In this document: in pieces, positions 1 through 10,623 of the stretch
Layout of the letters: every line of letters begins with the position of its first letter
How positions within the stretch are numbered: position 1 is the stretch's first letter
Source of the DNA: an uncultured Acidobacteriota bacterium
GTDB taxonomy: Bacteria > Acidobacteriota > Blastocatellia > RBC074
Assembly (NCBI GenBank): GCA_963796275.1
Contig: CAWCKY010000006.1
Coordinates: forward strand, 1,632,001 to 1,696,000
DNA length: 64,000 bases
Direction: 5' to 3'
Made by a program: the position numbers and the translations under genes
Notes under the pieces: generated by a model
The model's database searches: none
Told to the model about the DNA's origin: nothing
What the model saw: the letters and a program-made list of their open reading frames with translations, nothing else

Positions 1-241
1 GGGCGGTTTACGAAAACAGACTTTTGGTTGAAGTAATGCGGTCAGAAGGAAGATCGATCCGGTTATGGTATGCACTTCCACTGGAATCGACCTCGGCGGG
101 TACTCAAATGGGATCGACATTACAAACACATAGAAGCTCCAGCGAACAATGGGTATCTACGGCGAGGTAAGTTGGCCGGTGTCTGATGGGGTGAGCGGGT
201 GGAATGCCGGCGGGCACTACCGCTGCGAATGGGCCTCTCAT
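1..241 (-). CDS. 5' part of a putative O-antigen polymerase/ligase (Wzy-like) membrane protein; apparent +1 frameshift at 154; runs off the window edge
   Basis: ATG at 241, 12 bp past the flippase ORF end. Deleting T154 gives an open frame MRGPF...LAVDPIVRWSFYVFVMSIPFEYPPRSIPVEVHTITGSIFLLTALLQPKVCFRKPP with two hydrophobic segments. Product inferred from hydrophobicity and cluster context. Confidence 0.5.
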
Positions 242-252
242 TGGCCTGATTA

Positions 253-3108
253 TTAGACCGGGATGAGCCATTTATCTATATCGTAACTAGCCACAGATGC
301 ACAGTGGCTGCGCAAGATGATGCTTATTGGCCGGGGTCCGGGGTCACCAGTCAGGTATGACGACCCTATGACCTTCAGATCATCACTCAGCATTGTCTTT
401 AACAAGTTGGGGAAGTATTCGATACGCTCCGAATCGCGGCCCTCATAGACCAGGATACGCCAGGGGATGGAACATAAACTTTCAAGCACGCCGTCATAAG
501 CGCCACCCGCGACATAATAGACGACCGCATCGGTCAACCTGGGCTGTAGGGCTTCGGGTATGTCGTCTTCCAATCGATATCTCTCTGCGAGGTTGGCGCC
601 TATGAGGTAGAACCTGGTCGCTCCAGAGGCGAGCAGGAATAGCTCGGAATCCGCCACTACTTCGGGCTTATCCCATCCGATGCCCCAGGCAGCCCCCGCG
701 ACCAGTGAGGAGTACAACCTCGCTCCTGAGTTGCACCCGATATCCAGTACGACTCGCCCGGCCAGTCCCATCGAAGACTTTTCCAATACATCATTGACGA
801 ATGACCACTGCCTCGCGCTATTCCCGTTGCCGTGACTCGCGTTCGAGCCGATCAGCCGTGACCAGGCGTTCGGTTGGGATAAACCGAAATTCTGGAAGTC
901 TATGTACTGAACGCGTCCCAGACTGTTCGAGTAGATGAGGTTTCTGTTGCAGTGCGGCTCCATGAAGTCGATGTTCTCTTCCCACTTTGGGATCAGTATG
1001 CGTAGCTGTGTGCTTGCATTCAGCTGCCTGAGTTGATCAATGAATGATACATATTGTTGTGGCGTAGGACACTCACCGCTCACATGGTCGACAGCAAAGA
1101 CCGAGTAAGACTTTCCTTGCGCCTTCCAGCAAGCCAGGTCCCAGATTCTTGGTCCGATACCGAACGAGTACATGAGGTTTGCCGCAGCCAACCTGTCTTG
1201 TGGCGTCCCGAGTAACCTCTTCAGCACAATGAGAGATTTACGGTGGTTATAAAGGTATCTGGCTTTCGCCGGATGTCGAAAATCTTTGAGAATTTTGAAT
1301 CCTGTTCCTGGCCGGTAGAAATTGACGATGGACGGAATAAGGTCATTCAACCTTTCCTGTGGTGGGATATAAAATGTATGACCTCCCTCGTTCACCTCCA
1401 GGCCTTTTCCTCGAAGCCATCCGAGGAGTTCGCCGGGGGAGTCGCAATGGGGAAAGGGAACGTCCCAAGCCATCGCCAGTTGCCTGGGCGTCTTGCTGAA
1501 GATCCCATTATGAATACCAACAGCTCCCCAGTGGCCGTTCTGAATTATATGACGCAAGACCAACAGGTTATCGTATATGACCTCTATAACTTTAAATGCC
1601 ATCCGGTTTTGGCGCAGGTAGGTCTTGAGAGTTGGCTTCAGGTTATCGGTGAAGTATTGTTTTACTTTATCGCTAGAGCCGAGGGAACACATGTTTAACC
1701 ACCGATCCGGCAGTAGCAGCGCCGCCGAAATGACTCCTATGAGCGACATCGCAAATGTCGCAGCAAGAATAACCAGATGAGGCAATTGAGCGCCTCGCAA
1801 CAGGAGAGTTACCGGCAATGCGAATGCGACGACCGATGCCCCCAAGGCCAGCCCCGGCAGTTGGGATAAGTAGAACTCTCTCCAAGTAGATTCCGTCAGG
1901 TAGATGCTCAGCCGTCCCAGCAACAGGTAGATGACGGCAAGAGCGGCGACGACGCCGACCGCCACACCATTGATCCCGAATGATGCGCCCGCCACAGAGC
2001 CTGCGATTACACAGGCCGCATAAACGGTATGGCACCAGAATTTCAAATAGACCGCGCCTTTTGCCCGAGCCAGCGAATCCCCAAGGTTATAGATTGAATG
2101 AAAGACGCCGCCCAGGCAGAGGATCTGAAGGGACGCGATAGCGCCCGTCCACTGCGGACCGAAGACGCCTGCCATAACTTCCGGGGCAGCGATGGCGAGC
2201 GAGGTCAGCAGAGGGATTACTACAATCGTGGAAAAAAAGACCGAGGCGATATATGCGCGCCTCAGCGCTCGCGTGTCATCCTGCATCCTCGAATAGACGG
2301 GGAAGAGCACATAGCTGATCACCGAAGAGAACTGATACATCGGTAATGAGATCAGTTGATAGGTCCGTGAGTAGAGGCCCAAATCCGTCGCGCCGAGCCA
2401 GCGGCCGACGACGAAGTAATCGCCGTTCCGCGCGGCATAATTCGCGAGCCGTGAGAGGCTCGACCCTACCCCGAAGTTCAGGAACTGTCGCGTCTCGATC
2501 CGTGCAAAACTTGGCCGCAGCGGGTGTGGGGAAGCTACGAAAAGTAACACCGCCCTTAATACCGACTCGATCACGATCGCCCAGGCTAATGCCCATACAC
2601 CCCGGTCCGATAGAGCGAGTATTACCCCCACCAGCGCATAACCGACCGAATACGATGACAACTCAACTACGAAGAGTTTTCGGTAGTCGAGCTTCCGTTC
2701 GAGAAGGGCCGCCGATGTTGAGCTGAGACTCGAAAGAAGAAATGATAAGGATATGAACCGCAGCAGCGGCGTGACAGCATCGTTGCGAAATACCGCAGCA
2801 ACCAGCGGCGCGCCGGCGTAGATTCCCGCAGTGATCGCCATACCGCTCGCCACCGAGACCGTGAATGCAACGCGTATATGAGTTTTGGTCAGCTCTTTGC
2901 ATTGTATAACCGCAGGAGCCATACCGATCTGTGATATCCGGTATGCGAGGTTCATCACGATCATCACCAGAGTCAGCAGCCCGAATGCTTCCACCGGGAG
3001 AAGCCTCGCCAGGATAATGGTGACGATCAGGCGTAGAACGAATATCGATGACTCGGAGAGGAAGCGCCAGGCAAATGCGCCCATCGTTCGCTCAAATAGT
3101 GGTTGCAT
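253..3108 (-). CDS. wzx: Wzx-type (PST family) flippase fused to C-terminal kinase-like and SAM-methyltransferase-like domains
   Basis: First ~470 aa are polytopic with PST motifs (LARLLPVEAFGL, DYFVVGRWLGATDLGLYSR). Soluble C-terminal half has FKILK, NRNLI, YIDFQ and VLDIGCNSG. Confidence 0.85.
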   Translation of the reverse strand: MQPLFERTMGAFAWRFLSESSIFVLRLIVTIILARLLPVEAFGLLTLVMIVMNLAYRISQIGMAPAVIQCKELTKTHIRVAFTVSVASGMAITAGIYAGAPLVAAVFRNDAVTPLLRFISLSFLLSSLSSTSAALLERKLDYRKLFVVELSSYSVGYALVGVILALSDRGVWALAWAIVIESVLRAVLLFVASPHPLRPSFARIETRQFLNFGVGSSLSRLANYAARNGDYFVVGRWLGATDLGLYSRTYQLISLPMYQFSSVISYVLFPVYSRMQDDTRALRRAYIASVFFSTIVVIPLLTSLAIAAPEVMAGVFGPQWTGAIASLQILCLGGVFHSIYNLGDSLARAKGAVYLKFWCHTVYAACVIAGSVAGASFGINGVAVGVVAALAVIYLLLGRLSIYLTESTWREFYLSQLPGLALGASVVAFALPVTLLLRGAQLPHLVILAATFAMSLIGVISAALLLPDRWLNMCSLGSSDKVKQYFTDNLKPTLKTYLRQNRMAFKVIEVIYDNLLVLRHIIQNGHWGAVGIHNGIFSKTPRQLAMAWDVPFPHCDSPGELLGWLRGKGLEVNEGGHTFYIPPQERLNDLIPSIVNFYRPGTGFKILKDFRHPAKARYLYNHRKSLIVLKRLLGTPQDRLAAANLMYSFGIGPRIWDLACWKAQGKSYSVFAVDHVSGECPTPQQYVSFIDQLRQLNASTQLRILIPKWEENIDFMEPHCNRNLIYSNSLGRVQYIDFQNFGLSQPNAWSRLIGSNASHGNGNSARQWSFVNDVLEKSSMGLAGRVVLDIGCNSGARLYSSLVAGAAWGIGWDKPEVVADSELFLLASGATRFYLIGANLAERYRLEDDIPEALQPRLTDAVVYYVAGGAYDGVLESLCSIPWRILVYEGRDSERIEYFPNLLKTMLSDDLKVIGSSYLTGDPGPRPISIILRSHCASVASYDIDKWLIPV

Positions 3109-4654
3109 AATGAGGCGAAGATTCTTTTATCAACTCATGTTCCCAGCCATGCTGGCATACGAGTCGAGAGGTACCCTCGTTACCCAGGAACTTGACATTG
3201 CTGTATACCGGATCGCGATAGTCAGTTACCTTGCCGCTTTCGATGGCCTCGATAACCTGCTTAACTCCCAGATTCACAGTCCATTTGGGCACAAACCCGA
3301 GAACATTGCGTATCTTGTTGAAGTTGACCCGGTAATTCCGGCGGTCAGCGTCCGGTCCCAGATCGATGATCTGAGCAGAGGGAACCAGTCGATTGATCAT
3401 TTCACCGACCATGTTGATGGTGTAGTTCTGTTCATTCGAACCGACGTTGAAGGTCTGATTCCTTACCAGCGGGAAGGGAGCTTCCAGAGTCTTGAATACG
3501 GCGCGCGCCGCATCGTGCACGTGCAGAAATGGCCGCCATTGATCACCGCCGCGAATAGTTATCTGTCCCTCGATGAGAGCTTTCGCAGTCAGCAGGTTGA
3601 TCACCAGGTCGAAGCGGGTGCGCCCGGAAAGGCCGTAGATGGTGCCGAAGCGCAGCACGCTGGGAGCGAAGCTGTGATCGGTCATGCTCATCAGGACCCG
3701 CTCGGACGCGATCTTGCTTCGCGCGTAGAGTGAAACGGGATTCAGTTCGGAGTGTTCATCCAGAACTTCGTCGCAGGCTCCATAGACGGAACAGGTGCTG
3801 GCGAAGATAAATCGACTGACTCCGCTCCCCTTGGCGACCTCGGCGATCATGCGCGTGGCCATCAGGTTGACCTCGATAGTCAGGTCTTCATCGAGCGCGC
3901 AGGCCGGATCGCCGACGATCGCGCCCAGATGTATCACCGCATCCATGTTTTTCGTAGCCTGCACGACTTTATCGACCTGCCGGAAATCAGCCCGCATAAT
4001 CTCCAGCCTCGGGTGACCCAATAGTTCCCGTATCGCATCAGAGCCGTAGAGGAACAGGTCGAGCAGTCGCACGCGATACCCTTTATCCAGTAACATCGGC
4101 AGTAGAGCAGACCCGATGTACCCGGCGCCCCCGATGACCAGGACATTTTTCACCTTATTATCATCGCTCTGCTTATAATTATGGATCTCCGCACGGACCA
4201 CGCTCGACCAGAGTGACGACCATATCCGCGAACCAACCAGAAAAAATATGCTTAAGAACCATGCGTAGAGGTATGTGCCGCGTTGCAGGCCCGGACCTTT
4301 CATGAAGTAAGAAAGGAAGCCGAATAGCAGATAAGCCAGGCTGACGGCGTGGGTTACAACCAAGGCCTTGTATCGTCCGCGGTAAACCCGGCCGTACGTA
4401 TAAAAGCCGCTGAGAGAGAAGACAAAGAGACAGACCAGTGTAAGCTGCAGGGCACTGTTTCGGTATCCGATCAGGTTATTCCAGAGGACTTGCTTGTAGC
4501 TGGCTCCATTCCCGTCATTCTCTGTAATTATGAAGTGAACCAAACGGATAACTATCGAGGTCAGAACCGCCGCATTGATGAGCAGGGTATCGGCGATGCC
4601 TCGTAACACCATTACCTTAGTAACACGCAAGTGAGACAGTAGATTCATCGTCAA
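3092..4654 (-). CDS. NAD-dependent epimerase/dehydratase (extended SDR) with N-terminal transmembrane domain
   Basis: GGAGYIG Rossmann motif, ASTCSVYG, YARSK (YxxxK), about four N-terminal hydrophobic helices. Confidence 0.88.
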   Translation of the reverse strand: MTMNLLSHLRVTKVMVLRGIADTLLINAAVLTSIVIRLVHFIITENDGNGASYKQVLWNNLIGYRNSALQLTLVCLFVFSLSGFYTYGRVYRGRYKALVVTHAVSLAYLLFGFLSYFMKGPGLQRGTYLYAWFLSIFFLVGSRIWSSLWSSVVRAEIHNYKQSDDNKVKNVLVIGGAGYIGSALLPMLLDKGYRVRLLDLFLYGSDAIRELLGHPRLEIMRADFRQVDKVVQATKNMDAVIHLGAIVGDPACALDEDLTIEVNLMATRMIAEVAKGSGVSRFIFASTCSVYGACDEVLDEHSELNPVSLYARSKIASERVLMSMTDHSFAPSVLRFGTIYGLSGRTRFDLVINLLTAKALIEGQITIRGGDQWRPFLHVHDAARAVFKTLEAPFPLVRNQTFNVGSNEQNYTINMVGEMINRLVPSAQIIDLGPDADRRNYRVNFNKIRNVLGFVPKWTVNLGVKQVIEAIESGKVTDYRDPVYSNVKFLGNEGTSRLVCQHGWEHELIKESSPHYATTI

Positions 4655-4791
4655 AACTTTCTTTTTGGTGGAAGTCAGACCACCTCAACGGCGCAGAGAA
4701 CGCTGATGGTGAGCTGAGGTCATATGATCCCGGCTATGCCTCCGCACACCTCAGCGTTCTCTGCCCAACTGAGGTTAACCGGTAATCTTCA

Positions 4792-7215
4792 CTACGTTTT
4801 CTTGGCACCGGGGGCATTATCACGTGTGTAATTTGAGTAATAGTTATGGTTTTTACCATTCTGCGCATCGACGTTGTTTAGCACGACTCCCAGAATGTGC
4901 CCTCCCACGTGGAAAAGCTTTTGCCGCGAGCGGCGCACGGCATCACGATTACTCTTACCCATGCTCACGACGAGGATTACGCCGTCGACCAGGGTCGATA
5001 GTATCACCGGGTCAGCCAGGTTGATCATGGGTGGGGAGTCTATGATGATGTGATCGTAACGCTGTGAAAGCGCCTGTAGCATTTCCTTCATCCTTTGCGA
5101 GCTGATCAACTCGGCCGGTCTCTCCGGGATAGAGCCGCTCGGAAGCAGCGAGAGGTCGTGAATATTGAGCTTTTTGATGACAGTGTTCAGTTTCGCATTA
5201 CCTGAAAGGTATTCTGATAGACCAGGCCTGGAATTAATGCCGAGTTCTTTATGAATGCGTGGTGTGCGAAGATCGCAATCGATAATTAACACCGATTTTC
5301 CCAGCTGCGCCAGGCTCACTGCGGCGTTGATGGTTGTAGTGGTTTTTCCTTCGCCCGGTTGGCTGCTCGTGATCAGCAGCGTCTTGCACGAATTGATCTC
5401 GACTGAGAGCATCAGGGACGCGACCAGCAAGCGGTAGGCTTCGGCTGCCTGTGAATGACTATCGAGCCTCACCGTGTAAACAGGAAAAACTTCGTCTGGT
5501 GTTACCGCAGTTAGCGGGATTTCTTGCGTCGCGATTATCGAGGTAACTGTTGTGTTTTGATCTCCCGCAGGGAAGTGCCTGTCCGGCCCCTTTTGTGAGA
5601 TTGTTCTACGGTGGACCGGGCCAATAGTCGGGATTGCAGCGAGCGCGGGCAATTGCAGGTAGCGGTCGATGTCGTCGACGCTCTGAATTGTCTGGTCGAA
5701 GTATTCAATGAGTATTGTAAGTCCGATCCCCAGGATCAGGCTGAAGAGCATGCTGATCAGTATCCATTGCTTGCGGTGGGGGCCGGCGTCCTGCCTCGGC
5801 ACACGCGCGTACTCGACCAGACGCAAGTTGTTCTCCTGCTGGGCCATCTCGAACTTGGCCTGGTTGCTTTTTTCGAGAAAGCTCCGGAAGAGAGACTTGG
5901 ATGTTTCAACTTCCTGTTGGAGAACGCCGAACTGTATCGTCTCCTGATTCTCCTGTGCGCTCTCCTGTTTCGCCTGTTCCAGCGCTGCTTTGAATGCGCC
6001 TTCATCGCGTATAGCGCGCTCGAAATCGTTCTTAAGTTTTTCACCCATCGTTTTGCTGGAAGATTCCAACTGCTTTCGGAGGGCTGCTATCTGCTGGTTC
6101 ACCTCGATGGTTTGCGGGTTCTCGGGGCCGTAATTGACGTCGAGCTGTGCGGATCGAAGTGTGAGTTCACTCAGCTTTTTCTGTAGCTCTGATACTATCG
6201 GATCAGCGAAAGCTTCAGGGATCAGCGTGGCACGGCCAAGTTTCGCCTCCTCAAAGAGCGATCCCTTGATGATGCGATCGGTTTCGGCACGCGTGACCTC
6301 GCCCTGAAGGCGCGCGACTTTTTCGGCGCTCAAGGAGCCCTTACCCAGCGGTGCGATGATAGTGTGAGCCCGAGTATAATCGGCCAGCGCCTGTTCGGAC
6401 TTCTCAGCCCGCGACTTGAGCTCTCGCGTTGTACGGTCAAGCCAGCCCGATGTCTCCGAGAACTTGCTGGCTTTGCCCTGGAAATTGCGCTGAATGAAAA
6501 ACTGAGCGAGACGGTTGCAGACGGTGGCGGCGAGAACCGGATCGGAGTGCGTAAATTTGATCTTGATCAGACGTGTGTCTGAGATGGCTTCCACCGAGAG
6601 CAATTCGTCGAATAACGCTACATAAGGCTCCAGGCGCCAGCTTTCCGCCGCGGTAAGTTGGTGCGGCGGGATGCTCTTAGCATCGGGTATAACTGACGAT
6701 GTGGGGACATCCAAAGCGGGGTTCTCAGCTGGTCTCATTTGTATTCGGTCGACGATGCTCTTGAATGTTTCCCGGATCGTCCTTTTCTCCGGTCTCAACA
6801 ATCCCGGTTGGTGATCGAGCTTCATGTCGACTATCACATCTTCAATCAGCGGGATGCTATTGAGCATGAAGAGCTTCGTCTTCATGCTCTCGTCGCCCTG
6901 GATGACCAGATCATTCTCCCCATACTTGATCAACGATGTATCCTCTTTGCCGACCGAGACGATGGCATATGACTGATAAGTCTCTTTCCTCCGGTACATT
7001 TCGAAAGTAACGAGTGAAGTGACGAAGAGAACCAGTAAAGCGATTGACCATTTGCGCTTTAATATTCCTCTCAAGCATCTTGATAGGTCAATTCCCGAGT
7101 TTCCATCATCTGCGCCATAACCATTGTTATTGGTATCCTGGTAATCGACCCGGGGATAAGAAAATGTCTCATTCGTCAGCTGGCGGCGTTCTAGTGCGGT
7201 TCTATCATCTGACAT
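4792..7215 (-). CDS. wzc: Polysaccharide co-polymerase / BY-kinase (Wzc/GumC family)
   Basis: Two TM segments flanking a coiled-coil region, Walker A SQPGEGKTT, IIDCDLR, IIIDSPP, C-terminal tyrosines (NYYSNY). Confidence 0.93.
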   Translation of the reverse strand: MSDDRTALERRQLTNETFSYPRVDYQDTNNNGYGADDGNSGIDLSRCLRGILKRKWSIALLVLFVTSLVTFEMYRRKETYQSYAIVSVGKEDTSLIKYGENDLVIQGDESMKTKLFMLNSIPLIEDVIVDMKLDHQPGLLRPEKRTIRETFKSIVDRIQMRPAENPALDVPTSSVIPDAKSIPPHQLTAAESWRLEPYVALFDELLSVEAISDTRLIKIKFTHSDPVLAATVCNRLAQFFIQRNFQGKASKFSETSGWLDRTTRELKSRAEKSEQALADYTRAHTIIAPLGKGSLSAEKVARLQGEVTRAETDRIIKGSLFEEAKLGRATLIPEAFADPIVSELQKKLSELTLRSAQLDVNYGPENPQTIEVNQQIAALRKQLESSSKTMGEKLKNDFERAIRDEGAFKAALEQAKQESAQENQETIQFGVLQQEVETSKSLFRSFLEKSNQAKFEMAQQENNLRLVEYARVPRQDAGPHRKQWILISMLFSLILGIGLTILIEYFDQTIQSVDDIDRYLQLPALAAIPTIGPVHRRTISQKGPDRHFPAGDQNTTVTSIIATQEIPLTAVTPDEVFPVYTVRLDSHSQAAEAYRLLVASLMLSVEINSCKTLLITSSQPGEGKTTTTINAAVSLAQLGKSVLIIDCDLRTPRIHKELGINSRPGLSEYLSGNAKLNTVIKKLNIHDLSLLPSGSIPERPAELISSQRMKEMLQALSQRYDHIIIDSPPMINLADPVILSTLVDGVILVVSMGKSNRDAVRRSRQKLFHVGGHILGVVLNNVDAQNGKNHNYYSNYTRDNAPGAKKT

Positions 7216-7330
7216 TGGTGATTTCTCTACTGGAACAGAGATTTTTGAGAGGAATTATAGGAATGAGATAGATCCTAGAAAAAAAGTAAAATCCTGTCAT
7301 TTCCATTTTTTGCGATGGGCTGAGTGCTAC

Positions 7331-8677
7331 CTATCGACCTCTCTGTGAAGAGTTTCCGATAAACTCATGAGCGCCTATATCGAAACCTTTCCCCTGCGGC
7401 CTGATGCACCAGCTTTTATCAAATGGCGCTTCAGGCATATTCATACCCTTATCTATTGCAGCACTGTCCGGAAGCAGGCGGAAATCCAACGCCGAAAGAT
7501 TGATAAATTTCGGATCGGTGAAGAGAAGGTTATCGATCACCGCAACACCCATTTGTGGCATCCGGTCCGTTATGCTTTTTGCGGTCGTCAGGTTGTTGCT
7601 TATTACTACGTCGATGAACCGGGCGGAACCGACATCAATGGCAGCATCGGTTGGTTGGTGGAAGATATTATTGACTATTCTGATGTCGGTCATATCGCTT
7701 CCGCCGCCAATGACGATGTGCCCCGTCTGGTTGGGATTCGGCCCGGAAAAGGTGTTGTGCGCGATAACAGTTCGCGACCTGGTATGAGGGTACTCCTGAA
7801 TCGCCCATCCGCGCTGATGGTTGTAGAAGATGTTATTGCGGATCGTAACGTCGTTTCCCCGAGAATGATATATGCCATGATCATGGTTTTGCCAGAATTT
7901 GTTGGACGGATTACATCCACCTTCTCCAGGCGCAAAACGTCCGATGTCGTGGATAGTATTTCCCTCTATCAGCACGTTATCACGACCAATATAAATACCT
8001 ACCTGCCCGTTTGTGGTATTGGTGCAATGTCTCCCGATATGATGGATGCGGTTGCCGATGATCTGCACATCATGGCCGCCATTGTACAACTCGAATCCGG
8101 ATGAACTGCCGTCATTGCCCATTCCATAAACGTCGAAACCCTCTATCCGGATATACGCCGCTTTCGAAGAAGCAAACCTGAAGCCGTTTTGCACCTTGTT
8201 CTTCTCACCGTCAATCCTGGCTCCCCCTGGGTTCCTGGACTTGAACACTACCCAGTTATCAGGAGCTCCTCCTCTCGTCAGACAGACAACCGCCGTAAAG
8301 CGATTACATGACGGATGTGGCGACCCCATCGTATAGACGCCATCCTCGACGATAACTGTGTCACCGGGATTGACGGTATCGGCAGCTTTTTGAATTGTTT
8401 TGAATGGAGATGTCCCGCTACCGGGATTGGAATCAGTACCAATTGTCGAGACGAAGTATTTCATCCCTCTTACCAAAAATCGGGTGTTCGGCGACGTTTG
8501 CCCGCAGACCGAAGAGACTGTCTCTGAAACCGCCGGATTCGGATTTTTCCGTTGTTTTCGCGCAGCTGATGTAGCCCGATCCGAATCGGTCGCCGGAGCT
8601 GGATTCTGTGTGGACGATGTATTCGCCAGTATTATGAGGAAGAAGATGATGATTTTAGTTGCTTCAAGAGTGCCCAT
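7331..8677 (-). CDS. Secreted right-handed parallel beta-helix protein (pectate-lyase-like fold)
   Basis: Signal peptide, GTDSNPGSGTSPFKTIQKAAD start motif, repeated IxNNxF strands, C-terminal DFRL...SAAIDKG...DIGAHE. Confidence 0.8.
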   Translation of the reverse strand: MGTLEATKIIIFFLIILANTSSTQNPAPATDSDRATSAARKQRKNPNPAVSETVSSVCGQTSPNTRFLVRGMKYFVSTIGTDSNPGSGTSPFKTIQKAADTVNPGDTVIVEDGVYTMGSPHPSCNRFTAVVCLTRGGAPDNWVVFKSRNPGGARIDGEKNKVQNGFRFASSKAAYIRIEGFDVYGMGNDGSSSGFELYNGGHDVQIIGNRIHHIGRHCTNTTNGQVGIYIGRDNVLIEGNTIHDIGRFAPGEGGCNPSNKFWQNHDHGIYHSRGNDVTIRNNIFYNHQRGWAIQEYPHTRSRTVIAHNTFSGPNPNQTGHIVIGGGSDMTDIRIVNNIFHQPTDAAIDVGSARFIDVVISNNLTTAKSITDRMPQMGVAVIDNLLFTDPKFINLSALDFRLLPDSAAIDKGMNMPEAPFDKSWCIRPQGKGFDIGAHEFIGNSSQRGR

Positions 8678-8681
8678 CGAA

Positions 8682-9747
8682 TTACCACCTCGGGATTCGC
8701 ACGATGCTTGTACCTAGCCCGGAGAGTAATGTACCGCCGACCGATTTGAATCGGCTGTTAGGTACAATGATAACGTCGTTAGCGAAGATGGGGATATCAT
8801 CCTTTTTGCCGTTCATCACCGATGCTATATCCACCTTTATCTCCTGCCTTCTTCTGGTTACCGGGTCTTCGCGGAATATCAACCCGCTGCCGGCTGCGGC
8901 CTTGAATGTTGTCCCCTGTGCGAGTGATATCGCCTGTCTGAGTGTGGTGCCTTCTTTAAATGGGAAAGACCCAGGAGCGTGGATACTCGCCGGCGACGAA
9001 GAACACGTCGGCTGGCGGTATATTGATGATGCTACCAGGTTCGACGTACATATTTTTATCGAAGTCCCCTCTAAATAACCCGCTGATACTCACTCTGATC
9101 AGTTCGTACATATCCTCTTCTTTTTCTTTACTTTCCTGTGATTCAACCGGTGATTCATCTCCATTGGGGGTGTCAGCTACAGCGCGATGTAAGATGGGAG
9201 TGCTCATCGGCTGCTTCACCTCACGGATGATGAAGGCGCTCGTCCCATGATTAATACTCAACCCTCCGGCGACGATAATCAGTTTCATGAGCGTCGGCTT
9301 GCCTTCGAGCTGGTACGCACCAGGGCGGTTGACCGCTCCTTGAATGAAGAAGGTATGGCTGTTTAACTGTTCAATCGTAATGGATACGCGAGGGTTTTTG
9401 AGATATCGTCCGCGCAGACCATCGGCGATAAGCGCGGCCAATTCTTCCTGAGTCTTATTCTGAACGGTCATCCGGCCGAGAAAATCCAAGCTGATTGTGC
9501 CTGAAGCAGACACGCGAAATTCACCTGATAACTCGGGCGCTCGGTCGATGTTGATGCCGATCACATCGCCGGGGCCGATTCGATAGTCCTCTTTTGTTTC
9601 AGCAATGGCGCGAGTGAGACTCGCTTCGTCCAACGGTTGGGGCCGTGGGCGGCTCACCGGACCTTGTTGAGCCGATTGCGCCGTGCATACCAGGGGAGAC
9701 CAGGATGCTACGAGACAAAGCAAGAGAAATTGATACTTGGTTAGCAT
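8682..9747 (-). CDS. wza: Polysaccharide export protein (Wza/SLBB family); apparent +1 frameshift at 8985
   Basis: DYRIGPGDVI, YLKNPRVSI and SLBB repeats. Deleting base 8985 joins VAGE to IHAPGSFPFKEGTTLRQAISLAQG and to ORF 8682..8882. Probable start MLTKYQ at 9747. Confidence 0.88.
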
Positions 9748-10623
9748 AGTGATTCTCCACGGAAAATCAGTAGGCAATCCGCATGGATTGTGGCAGCAAT
9801 GTTCACGAAACTGAGCAGCAGACACACCCCACCCACAAACTTCAAAACCATAAAGGAAACCTCATGCCGAGGCAGCTGACTGATTTTCCGATGTGCCACT
9901 GATTTCGAGATGTACCTCTACTGAGGCTGTTTGCGGTGTGGCTATGGTGTTATGTTATTTAAAATTTTGGCTTGAGATTTCGCCGTTCTATGGCTAAGAT
10001 ACACAACAACCGAAGTGTGCTTCTTCAAGCATGTAAGTGCGACGAAGAGAGCATATTATCCAAAGGCTCCGTCACTGCTTCCAGTTAGTGGCGGGGCCTT
10101 AGAATTATGACAGTCTCTTACTCAAACCCCTAAACTTTCCCACCTCCATCACTACCACCCATACCTCTGCTTCGGGTATTCTTATATGAAACATATACGA
10201 TTTACATTGATGATAACTACCGATCGGTTAAAGAGATGGCTATCGGCCGTAACTTGGCAAGATTTACGGTGAGTGTCACAGGTCGGGATAAACCTCATGC
10301 TTCCTCTATTTCCTTAGTAGATCCGTATATCCCAGTTTGCATCCTGTGATGTAAAGAGCACGGCTACCTGTTAATCAAGTATTAAATCTCTCTTCCTGCA
10401 GGTTGATGATATTGCATAAACTTACCTCACTTGTCAAGTATGTTCTTAATAAGATGCTAAGAAAAATAAGATTTGCTGTGTATTGTGAGATTGTGACAGA
10501 AAGCTCCCGGAGAGCGAGCAGTTGATGGCGCATATCGCCTGTTAACCGAGGTAAGGTGTTCGCTGGCGGTACGGCGGTTTAGCAGTTTAGCGGCTCGGAT
10601 TTGACAGATGTGTAGTATAAGAT

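Noticed and set aside
9830-10600. ncRNA or ops/JUMPstart element in the long intergenic region before wza
   Set aside because: No convincing match or stable structure could be identified by eye. An Rfam search would be needed.
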